Origin: an uncultured Ruminococcus sp.
GTDB lineage: Bacteria > Bacillota > Clostridia > Oscillospirales > CAG-272
NCBI GenBank assembly: GCA_964463735.1
Contig: CAYXDB010000002.1
Span: forward strand, 1 to 37,286
Reading direction: 5' to 3'
DNA: 37,286 nucleotides
Under the pieces are notes generated by a model. It did not search any database, was not told where the DNA came from, and worked only from the letters and a program-made list of their open reading frames with translations. Positions 27,276 through 35,933 of the stretch are shown here, one piece after another. Made by a program: the position numbers and the translations under genes. The stretch's first letter is position 1. The number at the start of each line of letters is the position of its first letter.

Positions 27276-28358
27276 ATGCCATTACCAAGAGACAATGCCC
27301 CCATACCCGCCACGCGCTTCATTGCTGCCAATGGGTATACCGGATTCCGCTCCCACTATGACGCCGCGTTCCGCACCCGAGAGCACACGCATCTATATAC
27401 GATCAAGGGTGGCCCCGGCACCGGGAAGAGCCATCTGATGCGTGCACTGGCCAAACAGGCGCTCGCGCGTGGGCTGGACGTAACACAGATCCTGTGCTCT
27501 TCTGACCCGGATTCTCTTGACGGTGTTATTCTCCAAAGAGGCACGACCAAGGTCTCGATCCTGGACGGGACGGCCCCGCACGAAAGAGGCACGCAACTCC
27601 CCGGCGCCGCCGACGACATACTGGATCTGGGGCAATTCTGGGATAGCCACAAGCTGGCGCAGGAGCGAGACACGGTGCAGATGCTCTCCGACGGCAAGCA
27701 AGAATGCTACCGCCGCGCCTATCGCTTTCTCGGGATAGCCGGGCGGGCGGATGCGGCGGCAGAAGAGATGCTCTCCGCCTGCCTGCTGACAAGCAAGCTC
27801 CAACGTGCCGCGGCGCGTTTTTTGCACGGTGCCTGCATCAGCCCTGCCCCGGGGGAGGAACGCTATTATCTGGACGCCTTCAGCATGAAGGGATACGTCA
27901 CACTGCCGGCCCCCTGGGAGGGATGCCGCACGATCTATCTATCGGACCATTATGACAGTGCGCGTTTCCTTTTGCGGGCGCTTCACAGGATCTTGCAAGG
28001 CGAGGGGGTATATGCCTATACCTGCATCCCCTCCTGCTTGGATGACGGCATTCTCCGTTCTATCTATCTGCCGCATAATAACCTGCTGTTTGCAGTGGAC
28101 AAAACGGGGCCCAGCGATAAAACCGTACATATGCAACGGTTCCTTGACCTGGAGGGGCTGGCCCTGTGCCGCACAGAATTGCGCACCCTGCGGCACATAC
28201 GGCAGGAGGCGTGTGCCGCGGCGACGGCGGCGCTGCAGGAGGCTGGCTCCTATCACTTCGCACTGGAACGGCTCTACGGAGAGGCCATGGACTTCGCCGC
28301 GAAGGAGGCTTACAGCGCGGAGGTGTGCGCACAGATCCTTGCCTGGTTCGATGTGTGA
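27276..28358 (+). CDS. Uncharacterised P-loop NTPase (about 360 aa)
   Basis: Walker A 'GGPGTGKS', 'CSSDPDSLDGV' and a Walker-B-like 'VSILDGTAPHE'. RBS AAGGAGGG. Monocistronic, lying between a divergent promoter region and a bidirectional terminator. Confidence 0.7.
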   Translation: MPLPRDNAPIPATRFIAANGYTGFRSHYDAAFRTREHTHLYTIKGGPGTGKSHLMRALAKQALARGLDVTQILCSSDPDSLDGVILQRGTTKVSILDGTAPHERGTQLPGAADDILDLGQFWDSHKLAQERDTVQMLSDGKQECYRRAYRFLGIAGRADAAAEEMLSACLLTSKLQRAAARFLHGACISPAPGEERYYLDAFSMKGYVTLPAPWEGCRTIYLSDHYDSARFLLRALHRILQGEGVYAYTCIPSCLDDGILRSIYLPHNNLLFAVDKTGPSDKTVHMQRFLDLEGLALCRTELRTLRHIRQEACAAATAALQEAGSYHFALERLYGEAMDFAAKEAYSAEVCAQILAWFDV

Positions 28359-28394
28359 AGGATTGACTTTTCCCCCCGCGTATGCTATAATAAG

Positions 28395-28442
28395 CAAAAG
28401 CATCCGGCTGTACGCCGTACAGCCGGATGCTTCCCTGTTTTT
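28395..28442. terminator. Bidirectional rho-independent terminator between the ATPase gene and ackA
   Basis: Perfect 16-bp stem aagcatccggctgtac/gtacagccggatgctt with a 3-nt centre, an A-run upstream and a T-run downstream. Confidence 0.85.
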
Positions 28443-28452
28443 ATATCCGCAT

Positions 28453-29679
28453 TCAAGCGCGCTGGGCACGGACGATCGCCTCGGTATCCGAAGCGATGAC
28501 CAATTCCTCGTTCGTGGGGATCAGATAGACCTGCACGCGGGAATCTGCCCGGTTCAGACAGGTAGTCTGGATGGGGCGCTGCACATGCGTGTTGGCCTCT
28601 CCATCAAAGGACACGCCCAGATATTCCAATCCTTCACAGGCCAAGGCCCGCACGGAGGGCGTATTCTCCCCGATGCCGGCGGTAAACACGATGGCATCCA
28701 GGCCGCCCATGGCGGCGGCATACGCGCCGATGAACTTTTTGATCTGGTAGCCCAGCATATGCAGGGCCAGTTCGGCACGCTGATTCCCCTGTGCGATGGC
28801 CGCCTCGATATCGCGGCAATCGGAAGATACGCCGGACACGCCAAGGAACCCGCACTTCTTGTTCATGAACGTGTTCATCTCATCGGGGGTGAAGCCCTCT
28901 TTGCTCATGAGGAACGGGACCACGGCCGGGTCCATATCCCCACAGCGCGTGCCCATCAGCACACCGGCCAGCGGGGTAAAGCCCATGCTGGTATCCATGA
29001 CCTTGCCATCCTTGACGGCGGAGATGGAAGAACCGTTGCCCAGGTGGCAGGTGACGATGCGAGTGCCTTCCGTCTTCCCCAGGATCTTCAGCATTTCCCC
29101 GGCCACATAGCGATGCGAGGTACCGTGTGCACCGTAGCGGCGCACAGCATACTTTTCATACATTTCATACGGGATGCCGTACATATAGGCCTCCGGTGCC
29201 ATCGTCTGATGGAAGGCGGTATCGAACACCAGCACCTGCGGCGTCTGCGGCATGACCTTCAGACATCCTTCGATCCCCTGGATATGTGCACCGGTGTGGA
29301 GCGGCGCCAGATCACGGCAGAGCTCCAATTTGGCCAGCACCTCGTCTGTCAGAAGGACTGACTCAGAGAAATACGCGCCGCCGTGCACGATACGGTGGCC
29401 GACTGCCTCTATCTCGTCCATCGACGCAACGCACCCGTGTTCCTTGTCGAGCAGTGCATCGACCACGTACTGCATGGCGACCGTATGGTCCCCCATGGGC
29501 AGGCTGGCCTTGTATTCTTTGCCGGTCAAGAGGTTCTTGTGGGTGATATCCCCCACCGTCGCTGCCCCCTCGATCCCGATGCGCTCACAGAGCCCTTTGG
29601 CGACCACCACATTTTTCCCCGTGTCAAACAACTGATACTTCAAGGAACTGCTCCCTGCATTGACTACCAGAACATTCAT
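28453..29679 (-). CDS. ackA: Acetate kinase
   Basis: 'VLVVNAGSSSLKYQL', 'AVGHRIVHGG' and 'VTCHLGNGSSISAV'. Start chosen at MNVLVV (29679), with GGAGG 7 nt upstream. Confidence 0.97.
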   Translation of the reverse strand: MNVLVVNAGSSSLKYQLFDTGKNVVVAKGLCERIGIEGAATVGDITHKNLLTGKEYKASLPMGDHTVAMQYVVDALLDKEHGCVASMDEIEAVGHRIVHGGAYFSESVLLTDEVLAKLELCRDLAPLHTGAHIQGIEGCLKVMPQTPQVLVFDTAFHQTMAPEAYMYGIPYEMYEKYAVRRYGAHGTSHRYVAGEMLKILGKTEGTRIVTCHLGNGSSISAVKDGKVMDTSMGFTPLAGVLMGTRCGDMDPAVVPFLMSKEGFTPDEMNTFMNKKCGFLGVSGVSSDCRDIEAAIAQGNQRAELALHMLGYQIKKFIGAYAAAMGGLDAIVFTAGIGENTPSVRALACEGLEYLGVSFDGEANTHVQRPIQTTCLNRADSRVQVYLIPTNEELVIASDTEAIVRAQRA

Positions 29680-29716
29680 TTTCCTACCTCCATTGATCCA
29701 CATTGATATTACCTTT

Positions 29717-29745
29717 ATTATATGCTATTTTTTGCCTGATTGCAA
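29717..29745 (-). promoter_or_regulatory. Consensus-like sigma-A promoter of ackA
   Basis: Minus strand reads TTGCAA (29740-29745), a 17-nt spacer, then TATAAT (29717-29722). Confidence 0.6.
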
Positions 29746-29780
29746 GATGTTTTGAAAAAAAACGAAGAAAAGGAAAAAGT

Positions 29781-31055
29781 ATGAAGGTCGTTGCCGTTAT
29801 TTGTGAATGTGACCCGCTCCACCATGGGCATAGCTGGCTCTTCCAGCGTATCCGTGCGCAGGTGGAGGATGCGGCCATCGTCGCTATCATGAGCGGGAAT
29901 TATGTACAGCGCGGCACTTGCGCCGTGCTCCCCAAGCACGCGCGGGCACGCATGGTACTGCGCGGTGGCGCTGACCTGGTGCTGGAACTGCCCTTCCCCT
30001 ATTCCTGCGCCTGTGCGGAGCGCTTTGCACAGGCGGGGGTACAAGTGGCGGACCGGCTGGGGTGTGTGGACATACTGGCCTTTGGCAGTGAGTGTGGCGA
30101 CACGGCACGCCTGCTTGCGGTCGCCCAGCGGATGGAGGCACCGGCCTTCACCACGGCCTATGCCGCCTGGCCGCGCACATCGCCACTGGGGCACGGCGCG
30201 CGGACCGCGCAGATCTACCGGTCACTATACGGAGTGGAAGACGACAGCCTCTTGCGCTCCCCCAATGACATCCTGGCGCTCTGTTATCTGCGTGCCCTGC
30301 TACAAGAGGGCAGTTCTATCAGGCCGCTGGCCTTCCCGCGGCAGGGGCAGGCGCACGGGAGCGATGCGCCCAGCGACGCCCCCACCTCCGCAACGGCGAT
30401 CCGCGCGGCGCTCTATCAGCAGCCACAGAAGGACCTCTCGCCCCTGTTTTCTTCCCTCCCTGCCGCCTCCGGCACGCTATTACAGCAAGCCATGCAGGAA
30501 GGCAGCTGCCCCAGCGACCAGGACCTGCTACACGATCTGCTACTGGCCTACTACCGCACGGTGCCGGAGGAGGTCTGCCGCGCGGCCGCCGGCATGCAGG
30601 GGGGGCTGGCAGAGCGCATCCTGCGCGCCGCGCAGGCATCCCCGGACTATCCTGCCTTTTTTGCCGCCATCCGTACCAAAAAATATACAGATGCCCATCT
30701 GCGCCGCACCCTGCTCTACGGTCTTATGCAGATAACGCCCGCCTATCTGGAAGGGGGGCCGGCCTATACACAGATCCTTGGTATGAACGAAACGGGGGCG
30801 CACATCCTGGCATGCGCCCGGCGCAAGGCACGCATCTTCTGCCTGAACAAGCCGGCGGACCACCGCCGCATGCCGCCAAAAGCACAGGAACAATTCATCT
30901 GCAATTTTCGCGCTGATGCCCTGTATTTCACGCTTTTGCCCCGCAAAATGGCCCCCTGCGACCTCCTGCGCTACTCCCCCATCCGCGAAGAAGGTCACAG
31001 AGAGGCGAAAGGTTCCTTAGGACAAGCCCTTGACAATTGCGCAAAAACGGTGTAG
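29781..31055 (+). CDS. tmcAL: tRNA(Met) cytidine acetate ligase-like nucleotidyltransferase (TmcAL/YlbM, UPF0348)
   Basis: HxGH-type motif 'ECDPLHHGH', 'AIMSGNYVQRG', 'DLVLELPFPY' and 'KTKKYTDAHLRR', which parallel B. subtilis YlbM. ATG 29781 follows AAGGA. Confidence 0.8.
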   Translation: MKVVAVICECDPLHHGHSWLFQRIRAQVEDAAIVAIMSGNYVQRGTCAVLPKHARARMVLRGGADLVLELPFPYSCACAERFAQAGVQVADRLGCVDILAFGSECGDTARLLAVAQRMEAPAFTTAYAAWPRTSPLGHGARTAQIYRSLYGVEDDSLLRSPNDILALCYLRALLQEGSSIRPLAFPRQGQAHGSDAPSDAPTSATAIRAALYQQPQKDLSPLFSSLPAASGTLLQQAMQEGSCPSDQDLLHDLLLAYYRTVPEEVCRAAAGMQGGLAERILRAAQASPDYPAFFAAIRTKKYTDAHLRRTLLYGLMQITPAYLEGGPAYTQILGMNETGAHILACARRKARIFCLNKPADHRRMPPKAQEQFICNFRADALYFTLLPRKMAPCDLLRYSPIREEGHREAKGSLGQALDNCAKTV

Positions 31056-31058
31056 AAT
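31030..31058 (+). promoter_or_regulatory. Sigma-A promoter embedded in the 3' end of tmcAL
   Basis: TTGACA (31030-31035), a 17-nt spacer, then tgTAGAAT (31053-58, extended -10). The -10 overlaps the tmcAL stop codon. Confidence 0.6.
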
Positions 31059-31105
31059 AAGGATACTGTTCCCGCATGAAGTAACACAGAAAGGAGGACG
31101 CAACC

Positions 31106-31408
31106 ATGAGTATGATACAGTCCACGGTCGGTATCAAGGGAAAATTCCTGGAATACAAGGGCAAGCCGCTCGTACGCCAGGATGACGAACTGTATTATGG
31201 TGATATGTCTGAAAAGTATATCCTGTTTTTGATGATCATGTCTTACAAGACGGATGAGAAAATGCATGCGGATATTCCGGACAAGGTCATGATGCAGGTC
31301 ATCACTACCGATGGGAGCCAGAAGATCGAGAAGCAGAAGATCGTCAGCAGTCTATATGAAGCGCTGGATCTTGGTGCCGCCTGGCTGGAACGCGCCAACC
31401 GCGCCTGA
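31106..31408 (+). CDS. Hypothetical 100-aa protein
   Basis: Strong RBS AAAGGAGG 7 nt upstream of the ATG. The composition looks like real protein, and there is no signal peptide or TM. I do not recognise the family. Confidence 0.6.
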   Translation: MSMIQSTVGIKGKFLEYKGKPLVRQDDELYYGDMSEKYILFLMIMSYKTDEKMHADIPDKVMMQVITTDGSQKIEKQKIVSSLYEALDLGAAWLERANRA

Positions 31409-31461
31409 TACCCTCGCAAAAAAATTTCATAATGATCTTATAACCAAGGAGGAATTCTCTT

Positions 31462-32583
31462 ATGCAACGCTCAGCCACACATACGGCGGCTGTGAGATGC
31501 ATGACGGTTATATTATCTACACTATTAGTGATCGCATCCCTCAGCCTCACCAGTTGTTCTTTCCGATCTCTCATTCCAACAGATGACCCGGGAAATGATG
31601 GCAACACACTGTATCAGCCCGATCAAACGGACCAGAACGCCAATGCGGACAACAAGGAGGAGGAGCCACCGGAGGATGTGATCGTCTACTACAATCCCTT
31701 AACAGGGCTGGCATGTGAGACAGATCTTTCCACCTGCCGCCCTGTTTCTATTTGCTTTTCCAATGCGGCATCCTCCCTGCCCCAATACGGGCTGGAACAC
31801 GCCGACATCCTGATAGAGGCGCCGGTGGAGAATGGCAGCACGCGCCTATGCATGATCACCAATCATTATACATCGATCACGCAGTTTGGCCAGATCGCGA
31901 CCAGCCGCAACTACCTGCTCTCCTTATCGGAGGCTTTTGGCGCGGTGTCGGTCTGTGCCGGGACCAGCGACATCGGGACCGTATCGAAAGCCGAGAGCAC
32001 CTATGAGATACTGGACGAGAGCACCGGCAATTACTCTACGGTATTCTTCCGGCGCGGTACGCAAAATGCCCTTTTTACCTCCGGTACCCGGCTGGCGGGC
32101 GCCATGGAAAGCTTCCTATCCCGCAATGCCTCTCTGCCCTACCGGATCGCGGCCCCGGGCACGCCCCTTTACGCGACCGGTACACCGGCTGGCAGTATCG
32201 TGATCCCGTTTTCTTCTACGCAGACCACCCAGTTCTACTATGATGCGGATACCGGCCTGTACACGCGGGTGCAAAACGGCACCGCGCACACACCGGGAGA
32301 AGAGGGTACCCCACTCACCTTCACCAATCTTCTGCTCCTGACCTGCGAATACTACACGCACCACACCCTCCAGGGTACCGAAATGGAACTGGACATGCAG
32401 ACCGGCGGGCGCGGAGAGTACATTGCCGGGGGCTTTAGCCAGGATATCCTCTGGGCGCGGCAGAGCGATGGGACGCTATCCCTGACCGATCTGGCAGGCG
32501 ACCCGCTCACGATCAATGTGGGAAAAACGTATATCGGTCTTCTGGATCTGCAGACAAGTGATGCGCTCTTAGTCGTTCGCTAA
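31462..32583 (+). CDS. DUF3048-family (YerB-like) lipoprotein
   Basis: Signal peptide with lipobox 'LTSC', a low-complexity linker, then 'NPLTGL...RPVSICFSN...PQYGLEHADILIEAPVENGSTRL', typical of DUF3048. RBS AAGGAGG. Confidence 0.75.
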   Translation: MQRSATHTAAVRCMTVILSTLLVIASLSLTSCSFRSLIPTDDPGNDGNTLYQPDQTDQNANADNKEEEPPEDVIVYYNPLTGLACETDLSTCRPVSICFSNAASSLPQYGLEHADILIEAPVENGSTRLCMITNHYTSITQFGQIATSRNYLLSLSEAFGAVSVCAGTSDIGTVSKAESTYEILDESTGNYSTVFFRRGTQNALFTSGTRLAGAMESFLSRNASLPYRIAAPGTPLYATGTPAGSIVIPFSSTQTTQFYYDADTGLYTRVQNGTAHTPGEEGTPLTFTNLLLLTCEYYTHHTLQGTEMELDMQTGGRGEYIAGGFSQDILWARQSDGTLSLTDLAGDPLTINVGKTYIGLLDLQTSDALLVVR

Positions 32584-32588
32584 CATAG

Positions 32589-32630
32589 AGAGCCCTGTGC
32601 CATCGAGCCATCGATGACGCAGGGCTCTTT
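32589..32630. terminator. Stem-loop between the convergent DUF3048 and activase genes
   Basis: Outer stem agagccctg/cagggctct encloses the inner stem catcga/tcgatg and is followed by ttt. Confidence 0.6.
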
Positions 32631-32658
32631 GCGTCTGCCGCAAAAGAAATGTCGGTTT

Positions 32659-33537
32659 TTATCGTTTAGAAGCGAGGCGCTTATCTATTTCCTGCTGGAA
32701 GGCGGCGATCTCTGCATCGTCTGGCAGGCGCTCTGGCAATGTATTGGGCATGCCGAGCGCCAGATATTTGGAGCCGGCATACCGATGATACGGCAATACG
32801 CGCACCCGCACCACATGCGTCAATTGGCGCAACAGGGCCAGGATGTTCTGCTTTTCCCCATCGTTATAGCCCGGCACATACGGGATGCGCACCTCGATCG
32901 CCTGACCGGACCGATCCAGGTAATGCAGGTTCTCCAATATCTGGCGGGAGGAATGCCCGGTGCACGCGCGGTGCACGGCTTCGTCCACGGCTTTCACGTC
33001 ATAGAGGAATACATCGGTATAGGGGATCACTTTGTCGAATGCCGCACGCGGTACGGCACCGCAGGTATCTACGGCTGTATGGATGCCGGCGGCCTGCAAT
33101 CGCTGTAGCAGTGCGGCGCAGAAATCGGCCTGCAACAGGCATTCCCCACCGGAGAGCGTCACCCCGCCGCCACTGCTTTCATAATACGCCCGGTCCTGTA
33201 GGAGGATAGCGAGCAGCGCCTCCACGGTGGTCTCCTGCCCGTACAGCGCCAGCGCCTCCTGGGGGCAGGCCTCAACACACCGGCCGCATTGCGTACAGGC
33301 CGCCCGGTCGATCTGATGCGCCCCCTCCTGGAACGTATGACAGTGGCACAGCGCGGCACATGCCCCGCACTCCACACATTTATGCGCATAGAAGGCCAAT
33401 TGCGTGTGGGGCGAGAGCGTCTCCGGATTGTGGCACCAGAGGCACCTGAGAGAACAGCCCTTGAAAAATACGGTCGTGCGGATGCCGTCTCCATCATGGA
33501 CGGCAAAGCGTTTGATGGCGGTGATACGTCCTGTCAT
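32659..33537 (-). CDS. Glycyl-radical enzyme activating protein (radical SAM with two auxiliary ferredoxin-type clusters)
   Basis: Radical-SAM 'CSLRCLWCHN' (CX3CX2C) plus 'CVECGACAALC' and 'CTQCGRCVEACP'. Start chosen at MTGRIT (33537), overlapping the GRE stop as ATGA. Confidence 0.9.
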   Translation of the reverse strand: MTGRITAIKRFAVHDGDGIRTTVFFKGCSLRCLWCHNPETLSPHTQLAFYAHKCVECGACAALCHCHTFQEGAHQIDRAACTQCGRCVEACPQEALALYGQETTVEALLAILLQDRAYYESSGGGVTLSGGECLLQADFCAALLQRLQAAGIHTAVDTCGAVPRAAFDKVIPYTDVFLYDVKAVDEAVHRACTGHSSRQILENLHYLDRSGQAIEVRIPYVPGYNDGEKQNILALLRQLTHVVRVRVLPYHRYAGSKYLALGMPNTLPERLPDDAEIAAFQQEIDKRLASKR

Positions 33538-35768
33538 AGGCTGTTCTCCGCCCGCCGGATATAGGCATTCTGCTCTTCCCGGCTCAAATTGTTCCACAGC
33601 ACGTTCCACCCGCAGACGCGCACCTGCAGGTTCTTATATCTTTCCGGATGCGCCTGTGCATCCCGCAGGGTATCGGCATGGAATACATTGAACTGGATGC
33701 TCTGCCCACCGCTCTGACAATACGTAAAGAGCAGTGCACGCATGACCTGCAACCCCTCCTCTCCCGCTGTGACAGAGGGGTGCAACATCAGATCGATACA
33801 ATGGCTCTCGGTATAGGCGGGGGGATCGGTCAGGATGACCGAATTGAGCAAGGCTGTCACGCCATTCTTATCCATGCCCACCGAGGGGGAGGCGTTCTTA
33901 GACAATTCTTCGCCAGCGCAGCGCCCATCCGGCGTCGCACCGGTCTTTTCCCCCTGCACAATGAACTGCATGGCGCTATGCATCACCGCTTTGAACACGC
34001 CACCGCGGGCATTGGGGACTTGATCGACCGTATCCGTGAAGAAGGCAGACAGGGCCGCGGCATAGCGATCGGTCTCTGCATCATTATTGCCATACTTATG
34101 GGCACTTTTACGGATGCGGGTACGGAGCCACTCATATCCCTGCCAATCATTCTCTAATGCTTCCTTCATCTCAGACAGCGTTACACACGGGGTATCATAC
34201 ACGAATTCCTTCACTGCCATCACAGAATCCACCAAACTGGCAAAAGCGCAATTGAGGATCGCGGAATTATTGAATTTCACGCCGCATTGGTACGCATCCA
34301 CCCCTTGCGCCAGCGCCCCCTCGATCGTGGCGGAATACATATTGGACGGGTTGATATAGGAGAGATAGGGTTCATAGCGCACGGCGGCATCGATCGTCTG
34401 TTGTATCAGGTGCCTCCATTGTTGCAGGACGGCGTGATAAAAGGAGGAAAAATCAGAAAACTCCTCCAGCGCCCCGGTGCGACAGCCTACCTGTGCCTGC
34501 ACCTGCGCATCATAGCCGTTGGAAAAGACATACTGCACGGCGCGCACGGCATTGACATACCCGGTCCCCGTGGAGACTTCGTTTGCGCGGATACCGATCT
34601 CATAGCAACCGCGGATATCCATATCCAGCGCTTCTTCGTAGGTGGCGCCGTAACGCATGACGGCCCGGCACATGCCCGGTTCACAGCAGAACACGATGGA
34701 ACTGTGCCCCCGGCGCACCATATCCAGCGCCAATGTCAGCACCTTCTCGGGCATGCCATCATAGATCTTCAACTGGATCTTGGGGTTATAGATGCCCATT
34801 TTATCATAGACATCCAGAATGTCAAAGGACAGATCGTTATAGCGCGTGTTCCCCTGGGCATCCCGCCCGCCGAGATAGAACGGCTGGCCCCAATAATTCC
34901 CGATCGCCGACCATTGCATCAAAAAATAGCGCAAGAATTCCCGTATCTGTGCGCGGCTGTATCTGCCGCTTTCCAGATCGTTTTGATAGAAGGGATACAG
35001 GGAGCGATCCAGGCCATTCCCCAGAGAGCGCACCTGATACGAATCAAAGCATTCTGAGATCATGAAGTAAAGATAGATCACCTGCATGGCCTCATATATA
35101 TCCCCCGGCGCGCCCGCGCGAATATGTTTTAGACATGTGGCGATCCCGGCGGCTTTTTCAAACGAACGGGTCGATGCATAGGCATAGAGGCGGTCAAGCA
35201 ATGCCAAGATCGCGCGGTAGGTCAGAATGATGCCGTCATAAAATGCTTCTTTTTCTGCTGTCAACGTGCCATTACGGCGGCATTCCTCCCGATAGCGCTC
35301 CGCCCGGGAAAGCAGCCCCGGGAACCCCAGGGTCAAGATAGCATCCCAATCCGGCACCACGTGGTCAAAATCCGGCCAGATGCTCACGGCGCCCGAGCGG
35401 TTCAAAAGATCCATGGACTGCGCCACATCGGGGATCACATCCGTGCATAACGTATGGTACCACTGCCACTGGGTCGTCTCACTTGCCAGGCGATCCACGC
35501 TCCACAGACCAACGAACCAGTCGTGCTCGTTGACATCGATCATCGTGTGCTCCAGCACATAGGCAACGGCGCGTGCCTTAGCCACCGGATGGGGCAGCCC
35601 CTCCCATTCCTTGCGCATCGCACGCAGTCCTTCCCGGATCTGCTGATCCCCCCAGCCTGTGCTCTCGTCATAGGCATAGCCGTGATAGGACATGCGGCGA
35701 TAGGGGTCAAAGGGTTCCCCCACCTTATGATATTTGTTTTCTATGGTCGCTCTATCTGCGTCAAACAT
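33534..35768 (-). CDS. Glycyl radical enzyme of unknown specificity (PFL2/glycerol-dehydratase-like superfamily)
   Basis: 744 aa from MFDADR (ATG 35768, AAGGAG 7 nt upstream). C-terminal glycyl loop 'LQVRVCGWNVLWNNLSREEQNAYIRR', thiyl loop 'DIRGCYEIG', and 'GATPDGRCAGEELS'. Directly followed by an activase. Confidence 0.9.
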   Translation of the reverse strand: MFDADRATIENKYHKVGEPFDPYRRMSYHGYAYDESTGWGDQQIREGLRAMRKEWEGLPHPVAKARAVAYVLEHTMIDVNEHDWFVGLWSVDRLASETTQWQWYHTLCTDVIPDVAQSMDLLNRSGAVSIWPDFDHVVPDWDAILTLGFPGLLSRAERYREECRRNGTLTAEKEAFYDGIILTYRAILALLDRLYAYASTRSFEKAAGIATCLKHIRAGAPGDIYEAMQVIYLYFMISECFDSYQVRSLGNGLDRSLYPFYQNDLESGRYSRAQIREFLRYFLMQWSAIGNYWGQPFYLGGRDAQGNTRYNDLSFDILDVYDKMGIYNPKIQLKIYDGMPEKVLTLALDMVRRGHSSIVFCCEPGMCRAVMRYGATYEEALDMDIRGCYEIGIRANEVSTGTGYVNAVRAVQYVFSNGYDAQVQAQVGCRTGALEEFSDFSSFYHAVLQQWRHLIQQTIDAAVRYEPYLSYINPSNMYSATIEGALAQGVDAYQCGVKFNNSAILNCAFASLVDSVMAVKEFVYDTPCVTLSEMKEALENDWQGYEWLRTRIRKSAHKYGNNDAETDRYAAALSAFFTDTVDQVPNARGGVFKAVMHSAMQFIVQGEKTGATPDGRCAGEELSKNASPSVGMDKNGVTALLNSVILTDPPAYTESHCIDLMLHPSVTAGEEGLQVMRALLFTYCQSGGQSIQFNVFHADTLRDAQAHPERYKNLQVRVCGWNVLWNNLSREEQNAYIRRAENSL

Positions 35769-35808
35769 ATCTGGCTCCTTTCTGCCGTTTTGCCTTCTCT
35801 GTATCTTA

Positions 35809-35836
35809 ATTATAGCAGGAAAGGCGGATATTACAA
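35809..35836 (-). promoter_or_regulatory. Putative promoter of the GRE-activase operon
   Basis: Minus strand reads TTGTAA (35831-36), a 16-nt spacer, then tgcTATAAT (35809-14, extended -10). Confidence 0.45.
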
Positions 35837-35854
35837 TCTCCATAACGACAAGGA

Positions 35855-35883
35855 TTGACTTTTTCGCCACAAAATGATATAAT
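35855..35883 (+). promoter_or_regulatory. Putative promoter of the AraC-family regulator
   Basis: TTGACT (35855-60), a 17-nt spacer, then tgaTATAAT (35878-83). Confidence 0.55.
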
Positions 35884-35933
35884 ACACAAAGAGGCATGCA
35901 CGCAGGTAACGCATGCCACGTAGGAGGAGGCCT

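Noticed and set aside
34600-34760. 'FCC' double cysteine in the GRE ('SSIVFCCEPGMC'), considered as a PFL-type Cys-Cys active site.
   Set aside because: Alignment by eye to the conserved GRE core places this segment where other GREs have 'PAFFND'-like sequence. The thiyl-loop position is occupied by 'RGCYEIG' further downstream, so the CC pair is probably incidental.
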